Shown: positions 1-8,273 of the stretch, one piece after another
How the letters are laid out: each line of letters opens with the position of its first letter
Numbering within the stretch: the first letter of the stretch is position 1
From: Candidatus Methylomirabilales bacterium
GTDB taxonomy: Bacteria; Methylomirabilota; Methylomirabilia; Methylomirabilales; CSP1-5
Assembly: GCA_046758505.1 (NCBI GenBank)
Contig: JBHIAH010000005.1
Location: 6,273-70,272, forward strand
Length of the DNA: 64,000 nt
Direction of reading: 5' to 3'
Program-made: the position numbers and the translations under genes
The notes under the pieces: generated by a model
Told to the model about the DNA's origin: nothing
Databases searched by the model: none
The model's input: only the letters and a program-made list of their open reading frames with translations

Positions 1-1
1 C

Positions 2-304
2 CAGCAAATGGGGCCTATGGGAGGCCAAGGCATGATGGGCCCTGGCATGGGCATAATGGGCGGCGGCACCGGTATGATGGGCCCCATGATGGGTTCCCCA
101 GAGATCATGGGGACCATGATGTCCATTCACGGCGAGACCATGAGCCTCATGGGCGAAATGATGCAGAAGTACGGAGGGGCCATGGGACAGATGACGCCCG
201 AGCTGCGGCAACAGATGCAGCAGGAGATGATGAAGCGCATGGGCGAGATTCTGACCAAACACGGGACGGCGCTGAAGGATCGGGCCAAGGCTGCCGGGAA
301 ATAG
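2..304 (+). CDS. Met/Gly-rich protein, C-terminal part (5' truncated by window); possible metal-binding protein
   Basis: Frame is open from the window start; 23 Met in the 98 aa from position 8; repeated GMMG/GPMM motifs; TAG at 302-304. Confidence 0.7.
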   Translation, partial: QQMGPMGGQGMMGPGMGIMGGGTGMMGPMMGSPEIMGTMMSIHGETMSLMGEMMQKYGGAMGQMTPELRQQMQQEMMKRMGEILTKHGTALKDRAKAAGK

Positions 305-540
305 GCTTTGCCGGGAGGGCGCTCGATGGGACCCCTCCCCTGCACTATAGAAGCCAAAACCTAAGACCGATGGCTCATGGGTCAAACGAGATCAACAAGG
401 AGAAATTTGAGGACCGGAAACGACTGGTTTCCGAGTAAAGTAGATCAAGATCATGGATATCTTGCTGACGCCGCGACGGCGGGCGAATGCTGCCCGAGAA
501 GCGCTGCGCATCCGCGAAATCACCCCCGGACCCACGAGTA

Positions 541-1332
541 ATGAGCAATCGTACAGACAACAGTTCAGGCGCAAGCGGGGAGGCCCTGAGCGCTCCCGTC
601 GACAACGTAGCGTCGAGCCTGTCCCTGACGTCGCGGTCCGGGAAGCGCGCCGCACGGGTGAGAATTGTCGTCGGGTTCGTGATTGTGATCGTGCTGGCGG
701 CCACGTATGCGCTCCTGTCGAAGACCGGTGCGCTTGCCACCATTTTGGATGGGGCGGCGTTGCAGGAGCGCATCGTCCGGCTCGGCCTGTTTGGCCCGCT
801 GGCGGTGATCGGGCTGATGGCGGTCGCCATCGTGCTGAACCCGATTCCGAGCGCCCCGATCGCCTTAGCCGGCGGCGCCGCTTTCGGCCATACCTGGGGA
901 ACCATGTACGTTCTGACTGGCGCCGAGATCGGCGCCCTCATTGCCTTTGCCATCGGGCGGCTGCTGGGCTACGAGGTGCTGCACAGATGGTTCGGGGACC
1001 GCCTGTCCCTCGGGCTGCTCGGCTCTCAGAACGCGTTGATGGCAATCGTTTTCGTGACGCGACTGGTCCCCTTCATCTCCTTCGACCTGGTCAGCTACGC
1101 GGCCGGTTTGACGCCATTGGCTACCTGGCGTTTCGCCGTGGCGACCTTGGCTGGGATCGCTCCCGCGAGCTTTCTACTGGCGCACTTTGGCAGTGAAATG
1201 GTGTCGGCCGACACGCGGCGAATTACGATCTCCGTGCTGGCGCTTGGTGGCCTCACTCTGATTCCGGTCGCGGTCAAGCTGATCTTGGACCGGCGCCGGA
1301 GACGGGCTGCGAAGCGGAGCGACGCTTCATGA
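541..1332 (+). CDS. TVP38/TMEM64 (VTT/DedA superfamily) membrane protein
   Basis: PIPSAPIALAGGAAFG, RLVPFISFDLVSYAAGLT and TLAGIAP motifs; multiple TM helices; start uncertain. Confidence 0.85.
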   Translation: MSNRTDNSSGASGEALSAPVDNVASSLSLTSRSGKRAARVRIVVGFVIVIVLAATYALLSKTGALATILDGAALQERIVRLGLFGPLAVIGLMAVAIVLNPIPSAPIALAGGAAFGHTWGTMYVLTGAEIGALIAFAIGRLLGYEVLHRWFGDRLSLGLLGSQNALMAIVFVTRLVPFISFDLVSYAAGLTPLATWRFAVATLAGIAPASFLLAHFGSEMVSADTRRITISVLALGGLTLIPVAVKLILDRRRRRAAKRSDAS

Positions 1333-1877
1333 TCAGTGCCGAGCCGACCCCACATGAGAGGACCGGGCGGCATTCCCCTAGAGGCCCCGTATGCTTCCAA
1401 TGAGGAGTGCATCTACTACACCGGGGTCAGCGAGCGAATGGGTCTCCTCCCCTTTCAAGGAGGTCCTATGTGCCCGCGATGCACGGGGGTAGGGCGTCAG
1501 CTCCCATGGGGTCGATGGCTCGCGGGGTACCGGCTGTGTGGGGGATAAAGCTTCCTGCCGATATCCGCTCTGTGCTGCCCACTAACTTCTCGAGCCCGAA
1601 CGAGCGAGAAACCGAGCGGGATTCTCACAGGGATGCCGGCGGTCATATACATAATAGAGGAATGGCAGATTGACCCGGACGGTCACCAGCCCGTGAGAGG
1701 ATAGGCTATGGAACCCTCTCATCACGACATGACATACGAGCACGACAGCCAGAGGCAGCGATCCACGGTACTTACAAGGGAGCCGCGAGTGCGCACGAAG
1801 GTAGCCACCAGGCCCCCCGCCCGCACTCGGATCGCGTGACCCGGCCAGCGCACATGGTGTCAGAGGAGGAGGCAGCA

Positions 1878-2333
1878 ATGAAAGGAATGTGGAAAGCGAC
1901 TGTCAGCCTTGTCGCCGCTATCTGTCTTGGGGTCACTGCTCTGCTGACAGCGGGGCAGCAGTCCGAGGGAGCTGAGAATGGAGTTCAATTACTCATCCCG
2001 ATTATGCGCCCCGAGAGGGGAAGGCAGCTCTTCGCCAGCAAGGGTTGTGTGGTGTGTCACTCGATAAATGGCGTTGGAGGACGCGGCGCAGCAGCACTAG
2101 ACGCGTCGACCATGAAGGGGCTTATGAACCCCTTCGACTTCGCAGCAAAGATGTGGAGGGGAGCGCCTGTCATGATCGCGATGCAGATAGGAGAGCTAGG
2201 CCATCAAATCGAATTTACCGGACAGGAGTTAGCGGACATCATTGCGTTCGTTCATGATTCCGATGAACAACGTAAGTTCTCGACGAAGGATATTCCGCCG
2301 AACATTCGCAAGCTCATGCGGCGCAAAGACTAG
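1878..2333 (+). CDS. Exported monoheme cytochrome c
   Basis: GGAGG RBS; signal peptide; CVVCH heme motif; downstream MWRGAPVM. Confidence 0.85.
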   Translation: MKGMWKATVSLVAAICLGVTALLTAGQQSEGAENGVQLLIPIMRPERGRQLFASKGCVVCHSINGVGGRGAAALDASTMKGLMNPFDFAAKMWRGAPVMIAMQIGELGHQIEFTGQELADIIAFVHDSDEQRKFSTKDIPPNIRKLMRRKD

Positions 2334-2760
2334 AATTCACCTCACGGGACTAGTCGGGTGCACAGGGAAACACCAATGGCCGAGTCTGATGAGGGTGTCG
2401 CGAGGCGCGGCGCGAACCAAGGAGCACTCTACGAGAAAAATGGTCCGGCCTTCGTCCAACGGGCCGCTGGGTACGGAGCAATCCACAACACGCCCGAGAT
2501 CCAGGTTCGGATCCACATCACGGCGGAATGGCTCCGACCCCGCAACGTGCGCGGGAGCAAAGGAGACGGCTGAGGAGTGCTCGACGAGGTCAGGCTATCC
2601 GCGATGGAGGCGGCTTCGGGTCGATCATTGACCGGAACTGACATCAGCCGGAGCCGTTCGAGGCGCTGAAGCTCCTGGATACCATCATTAAGATTTACGC
2701 GAGTCGGATGAATTGATGAGCATTTAGAATTGTGGCACAGCTTAGGAACGGGGGACTATC

Positions 2761-2922
2761 ATGGGTGAATTCCTCCAGGCTAACTGGTTCTGGATTTTGC
2801 TTATCGGGCTGTTCATCTGGATGCATTCTTCAGGCATGGGTTGTGGTGGACATGGTGGGGGACATAAACACGCGGACGAGGATGAGAAGAAGCAAAAAGA
2901 AGGCGGTCATCATCAACACTGA
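2761..2922 (+). CDS. Small His-rich membrane protein (DUF2933-like), 53 aa; not in the ORF track
   Basis: Manual translation MGEFLQANWFWILLIGLFIWMHSSGMGCGGHGGGHKHADEDEKKQKEGGHHQH*; GGGGA RBS. Confidence 0.75.
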   Translation: MGEFLQANWFWILLIGLFIWMHSSGMGCGGHGGGHKHADEDEKKQKEGGHHQH

Positions 2923-2988
2923 CCGAACAATGCTCCGGTGTATCGCCGGATTACGAGTGCGAAAGCACGCGGACCGAGGGGGGGACGT

Positions 2989-3252
2989 ATGAACCGACTC
3001 AATATTAGAGTGGTGACATGGTCTTTGGGCGCCTTTAGCCTCTTCTCGTATCTCGTCTGCATAGCGTATGGGCTGATTGTTCCCGAAAGCCTTCATATGA
3101 CGCAGTTCTTGGAGATCACGCTTCCGGGGTTCAAATGGCTTACCTTTGGGGGGTTCGTCATTGGCGTGATTGAGAGCTTTCTGTACGGGGTCTATGCGGG
3201 TCTGGTTTTCACGCCCATTTACAACTTCTTCTATGAAAAGTGGGGAGTGTAG
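2989..3252 (+). CDS. DUF5676-like small membrane protein
   Basis: YLVC...LPGFKWLT...GVIESFLYG...PIYN pattern; paralog at 17834. Confidence 0.75.
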   Translation: MNRLNIRVVTWSLGAFSLFSYLVCIAYGLIVPESLHMTQFLEITLPGFKWLTFGGFVIGVIESFLYGVYAGLVFTPIYNFFYEKWGV

Positions 3253-3418
3253 GGGCGTGCTGTTGGGCTGGCGCGTGTAGTCTTTGGGCTCGGGACGGAC
3301 CTGCCACCATGGGTCAGGTAATCAGAGAGAGACATCATTTGAGAACTTTAGGCAGTTTGCGGGGCAGGTGCCGGCCGAAGTACGGGCTGCCGGCCCCCGC
3401 TTCATGGAGGAATGGGTG

Positions 3419-5239
3419 ATGGAGTACGATGTGATCGTGGTGGGCGCAGGGCCGGGGGGAGCCACGGCGGCATGCGAGCTTGCCCGCCGGGGCGTCAAGG
3501 TCGGGCTCTTCGAGCAGAAGCTGCTGCCCCGGTACAAACCGTGTGGCGGTTGCCTTTCTCTGAAGATCGACCAGATCCTGGAGCCGGACTTCCATCCGCT
3601 GGTGGAGAAGACGGTCTACGGCGCGACATTTACCTTTGAGGGCCTGGATGAGTTCCGCGTGAAGTCGAAACGACCTGTCGCCTACATGGTGATGCGAGAC
3701 CGGTTCGACCATTTCCTGGCACAGCGGGCCGGGCGGGCCGGCGCCGAGGGCCGCCCGGGCGAGCGGGTCCTCGATGTTGCCGACACGCCCGAGGGGGTCC
3801 GGGTGAAGACAGGGAAGGGTGAGTACGAAGCGCGATACCTCGTGGGGGCGGATGGTGCAAACGGAATCGTGGCCAGATCTCTGGGACTAACACCCCAGCG
3901 GCGGGTGGCGGTCTGCGTGGAGGCCGAGGTGACGACCGCCCCCAGGACCCTCGAGGCTCCGACGGACGAGGTTCGAATCGAGTTCGGCTCCATCCCATTC
4001 GGGTACGGTTGGGTATTCCCCAAGGGGGATCACCTGTCCATCGGCGTCGGTGGCCTGCGGGACAAGATCGGGAACCCCAGGGAGTTCTACGACGCGTTTC
4101 TGGTCGATACGGACCTGGTGGATGCGATTACCGATGAGAAGCGCAAGGGATATATCATCCCTGTTTTTGCGGGCGGCCGGGAGCCCATCGCTCGCGGGCG
4201 TACTCTGCTCGTGGGCGACGCGGCGGCCCTGGTGGACCCGTTCCTGGGCGAGGGCATCTACTACGCGATTCGTAGCGGCCAACTCGCCGCTGAGGTCATT
4301 GGTGGTGCGCTCTCGACCGGGGCTCCATCGGCCCTGTCCAGTTATGGGGAGCTGATCGAAGAGGAGATCTACCGTGAGTTCCGGCCCGCCCGCAACCTAG
4401 CCTTCTTCCTGTATGCGTTTGACCGAATGGGCTACGAGATGCTCAAACGCCGGGGAGCCTTCGTCGAATTGTACTTCGAGGTCCTGCGCGGCGAGGCAAG
4501 TTACGCGGACCTTTGGCGGGAGTTACGCGGTTTTGCCGCCGGCGAACTGCTCCGGTCGCTCTGGCCGTCATCGCGAAAGCCGCGAGACGTGGCCGAGCAC
4601 TACGACCGGCTGGCCCGGCGGTACGATTCGGCTCTCTCCATCTGGAAAACAGTGGTTGTAGCGCCGGCGTGGGAAGCGGTACGTATGCTACTCACCGACC
4701 ATGTTCTACCGGCCGCCAGCGTTCTGGATGCGGGGACGGGCACCGGAGAGGCGGTGCGTTTGCTTCTCGAATGCGCTAACCCAGGTCGGGTCGTGGCCGC
4801 AGATGTGTCCAAGGGGATGCTTCGGGCCGCGCGGAAAAAGGTCACCGATCCCCGCGTGACGTGGGAGCAACAAGACATCACCAGACTGCCCTACCCTGAC
4901 CGGTCGTTCGACATAGCCCTGAGCACCTGGACGCTGGAAACTCTTGTCGATCCCCGCCCAGCCGTCCGGGAGTTTCTCCGCGTGATCAAGGACGACGGAT
5001 TCGTCATATATGCGTTTTCCAGCAGGCCCGAGGCCGGCTTGAAGCACTTATACGGTCGACTGCTGGAGGAGTGGTCGGCGGGCACGCTGCGGGGTCGGTT
5101 CCTGACGCCGTCCGAACAGCCGTACCACAGTTGCGAACATTCCCGCCTGACGACCTTTGCCCGGGGACTCGCCACCGTGGTGGTGCTGCGGAAGTGCTGC
5201 CGGGTGGACGACCGACAGGCCCCATGCCTCCCCACGTGA
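3419..5239 (+). CDS. Geranylgeranyl-reductase-family FAD oxidoreductase fused to a class I SAM methyltransferase (UbiE/MenG-like)
   Basis: VVGAGPGG, KPCGG, GYGWVFPK, LVGDAA..DPFLGEGIY; C-terminal VLDAGTGTG and LPYPDRSFD; GGAGG RBS. Confidence 0.85.
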   Translation: MEYDVIVVGAGPGGATAACELARRGVKVGLFEQKLLPRYKPCGGCLSLKIDQILEPDFHPLVEKTVYGATFTFEGLDEFRVKSKRPVAYMVMRDRFDHFLAQRAGRAGAEGRPGERVLDVADTPEGVRVKTGKGEYEARYLVGADGANGIVARSLGLTPQRRVAVCVEAEVTTAPRTLEAPTDEVRIEFGSIPFGYGWVFPKGDHLSIGVGGLRDKIGNPREFYDAFLVDTDLVDAITDEKRKGYIIPVFAGGREPIARGRTLLVGDAAALVDPFLGEGIYYAIRSGQLAAEVIGGALSTGAPSALSSYGELIEEEIYREFRPARNLAFFLYAFDRMGYEMLKRRGAFVELYFEVLRGEASYADLWRELRGFAAGELLRSLWPSSRKPRDVAEHYDRLARRYDSALSIWKTVVVAPAWEAVRMLLTDHVLPAASVLDAGTGTGEAVRLLLECANPGRVVAADVSKGMLRAARKKVTDPRVTWEQQDITRLPYPDRSFDIALSTWTLETLVDPRPAVREFLRVIKDDGFVIYAFSSRPEAGLKHLYGRLLEEWSAGTLRGRFLTPSEQPYHSCEHSRLTTFARGLATVVVLRKCCRVDDRQAPCLPT

Positions 5240-5254
5240 TTCAATATACTCGAG

Positions 5255-6634
5255 ATGCGCACACAGGTATGTGACGAGATGTGTGGCAAAGAGGCTCGGA
5301 CTCGTGGACGACGGGGTGACGGCCAAGGCAATCCGCTGCGGCTGATGACCTTTCTGGTATTCACGTCCCTCGCTTATGGCGGGACGAATCTCCCTGGAAG
5401 CACGACGGCGGTGTCCGCCGCAACTCCCCCCGTCGCGAGCGCGGTGGAGGTAGGAGGACGCCCTGATTCGTTCGCGGGCATGGTGAATGCCGTAAAACCC
5501 ACCGTCGTCAATATCAGTACCACCCAGGCCGTGCAGAGTCGCGCTGCCGACTCGTTCCGTGAATTCTTTGAACGGTACTTTGAAGGAGGCCCCCCACCGC
5601 ATGAGCTACGGCATAGTCTCGGCTCGGGACTCATCGTCGAGTCGGACGGCTATGTGCTTACGAACAACCATGTGATTGAAAACGCGCGGATGATCATGGT
5701 CCGGCTCTCCGACCACGGGGAATACGAGGCCAAGGTCGTGGGACGGGATCCCTGGACTGATCTGGCGCTCCTTAAGATCCAGGGCCGCCGAAAGTTCGCG
5801 ACGGTTCGTCTCGGTGATTCCGACAGCCTCCGGGTCGGCGATTGGGTCGTCGCCATCGGGAACCCCTTCGGCCTGGAGCACACGGTCACAGCGGGGATTG
5901 TGAGCGCGAAGGGGCGGGTCATCGGGGCGGGCCCGTACGACAACTTCATCCAGACGGACGCGGCGATCAATCCAGGCAACTCCGGTGGCCCCCTCTTCAA
6001 CAGTCGCGGGGAGGTCGTCGGGCTCAATACGGCCATCTTCAGCCAGCGTGGGGGATCTGTCGGCATCGGCTTCGCGATCCCGATCAATCTCGTGAATGAA
6101 CTGATCCCCCAGCTCAAGGTGAAAGGGCGTGTCTCCCGCGGATGGCTCGGCATCACGATTGCGCCCGTGACCCCGGACCTAGCTAAGAAGCTCAACCGCC
6201 CCTCGGGAGACGGCGCCCTGGTGGAAGAGGTGGTCCCGAACGGGCCGGCAGCCCGGTCCGGCGTTCAGATGGGGGATGTGATCGTTGCGTTCCAAGGGAA
6301 GCGGATCCTGCGGCCCCGTGAGCTCCCTCGCTTGACCTCCAAGACACCTGTTGGATCTTACGTGGAGCTTACGCTCCTCCGTCGCGGGAAGGAACGGGCC
6401 GTGAAGGTGAGACTCGCAGAGCTTCCAGAGTTCCGCCGCGATGATCGCTCGGAAGCTAGACGCAAGGACGGCAGCGCAAGGAGTGGGTTTTTCCAGAACT
6501 ACGGATTCTTCATCCTGATCCTACTGCTGTTTTTCGGATTTCATCTGTTCCGCTTCGGAGGTCATCGTGGTCATGACCGCGGCGATGACAATGACAGAGA
6601 CAGGGAGTCCGTTAGTCACGGGCACCGGCACTGA
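5255..6634 (+). CDS. HtrA/DegP-family serine protease (single PDZ) with a C-terminal TM and His-rich tail
   Basis: TNNHVI, DLAL, IQTDAAINPGNSGGPL triad motifs; RGWLGI PDZ start; start codon uncertain. Confidence 0.9.
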   Translation: MRTQVCDEMCGKEARTRGRRGDGQGNPLRLMTFLVFTSLAYGGTNLPGSTTAVSAATPPVASAVEVGGRPDSFAGMVNAVKPTVVNISTTQAVQSRAADSFREFFERYFEGGPPPHELRHSLGSGLIVESDGYVLTNNHVIENARMIMVRLSDHGEYEAKVVGRDPWTDLALLKIQGRRKFATVRLGDSDSLRVGDWVVAIGNPFGLEHTVTAGIVSAKGRVIGAGPYDNFIQTDAAINPGNSGGPLFNSRGEVVGLNTAIFSQRGGSVGIGFAIPINLVNELIPQLKVKGRVSRGWLGITIAPVTPDLAKKLNRPSGDGALVEEVVPNGPAARSGVQMGDVIVAFQGKRILRPRELPRLTSKTPVGSYVELTLLRRGKERAVKVRLAELPEFRRDDRSEARRKDGSARSGFFQNYGFFILILLLFFGFHLFRFGGHRGHDRGDDNDRDRESVSHGHRH

Positions 6635-6770
6635 TGTCCCAGTCCGGATGAACCCGACTGGATGCAACCGTAATCCATCAAACATACATTAGCAGCAGCT
6701 GCTATTTCTTCCGGGGAGCCGAGTTTCAGTAGCTCTGTAAGGCCCCCGGAAGTCCTCCGGGAGGAACGTG

Positions 6771-8153
6771 ATGACGACGCGCTTATCCTATTTCAAGCCT
6801 TACGACATCCGGGGAACTGTTCCGGATCAGATTAATCCCGAGGTGGCGTACAGGATTGCTCGGGCTGTGGCCGAATGGACTAGGGTAGAAGAAATCATCC
6901 TGGGCCGCGATGCGCGGCTTTCCTCCCCTCCCCTGGCGGCGTCCGTGATTGAGGGATTGCTAGATAGCGAGATCACTGTCTTGGACCTAGGGATGGTGAC
7001 CACGCCCATGCTCAACTATGCCGTGGCCCGCTTCGAACGATATGGCCTGATGATTACCGCCTCACACAATCCGAAAGAGTACAACGGAATCAAGGTTATC
7101 GATCCCAACGTGGAACAGGTGTACTATGGGCGGCGACTGGAGGCCCTGGAAAAATTAGTTTTAAGCGATCGCTTTGACAGGGGAAAGCGCAGAGGACGAG
7201 TCCTCATGAGGTCGATCCTCCATGATTATGAAGACTTCCTGGTTGGGAGATTCCAGGGCGCAGGACTTGCGTCTCTTTCCATCGTGGTGGATTGTTCCAA
7301 CGGAGTGGGAGGGCTACCGCTCCGAGTGTTAGAGCGACTGGGGCTTAAGCACACCGTGCTATATCACGTGCCAGACGGGAATTTTCCAAACCACGGATGC
7401 GATACGCTTCGGCCCGAGAATCAGCAAGATCTACAGCGGGATGTGAGGGAGCAGAAGGCCGATCTGGGGATCATGTTTGATGGGGATGCTGACCGGGTGG
7501 TCTTCGTGGATGAACATGGAGAAATGGCCCCGCTGGATATGGTCTTTGTGCTGTTGGCCCGTCAGGAACTTGAGCGAAGCACAGGCCGACTGTTCTACGA
7601 CCTGCGCTTCAGCCGGGCGGTGAAGGAAGAGATTGAAAAGCTGGGCGGAATCCCTGTCATGATGCGTGTTGGCAACCCCTTCCACAAGGAGGCCCTTCAT
7701 CGATACGAAGACGGGCTTGTGGCCGCTGAGCTGTCCGGACACATCATGTACAGGGAACACTTCGGGATCGATGATCCGCTTTACGCGTCGCTTAAGCTGC
7801 TTTCCCATCTTGCACGCTCCGGCGAGAGCTTCTCTCAACAACTCCTACCACTCAAACGATATGCCGGTAGCGGGGAAATTCGTATCAAGACAGACAACCC
7901 CAAGGGCTTGGTGGAAAAAGTAACATCACACTTTGGGGATGGGATTCTGACTGAAATCGATGGGGTGACAGTTGAATATTCTGAGTGGTGGTTCAACCTG
8001 AGGCCTTCCAACACGGAACCGGTGGCCAAGTTGGTTATGGAGGCGAATTCACCACAGGTCCTTGAACGCTCTAAGACAGACTTGCTCTCCTTCCTCGTGA
8101 GCGAGGGAGGAGCAGTCGAGCCAGGGGATTTCACGGCCACATCCGATCGGTGA
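6771..8153 (+). CDS. Phosphomannomutase/phosphoglucomutase
   Basis: YDIRG, TASHNP (catalytic Ser), FDGDADR, ELSGH, RPSNTEP. Confidence 0.92.
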   Translation: MTTRLSYFKPYDIRGTVPDQINPEVAYRIARAVAEWTRVEEIILGRDARLSSPPLAASVIEGLLDSEITVLDLGMVTTPMLNYAVARFERYGLMITASHNPKEYNGIKVIDPNVEQVYYGRRLEALEKLVLSDRFDRGKRRGRVLMRSILHDYEDFLVGRFQGAGLASLSIVVDCSNGVGGLPLRVLERLGLKHTVLYHVPDGNFPNHGCDTLRPENQQDLQRDVREQKADLGIMFDGDADRVVFVDEHGEMAPLDMVFVLLARQELERSTGRLFYDLRFSRAVKEEIEKLGGIPVMMRVGNPFHKEALHRYEDGLVAAELSGHIMYREHFGIDDPLYASLKLLSHLARSGESFSQQLLPLKRYAGSGEIRIKTDNPKGLVEKVTSHFGDGILTEIDGVTVEYSEWWFNLRPSNTEPVAKLVMEANSPQVLERSKTDLLSFLVSEGGAVEPGDFTATSDR

Positions 8154-8273
8154 CCGGAAACGAGGAAACCAAAAGAGAGAGCTGAACCTGTTGCAGACTC
8201 ATTGGTCCAATCTACTGCTAATCTGAGGGGTTAACTGACGCAATGCTGCTGCAGTCCGATGGAGGAGGTAGCC

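Noticed and set aside
2334..2760. Short ORFs and a GGTTCG tRNA-like motif in the intergenic gap
   Set aside because: No convincing RBS or motifs and no cloverleaf; possibly eroded gene debris
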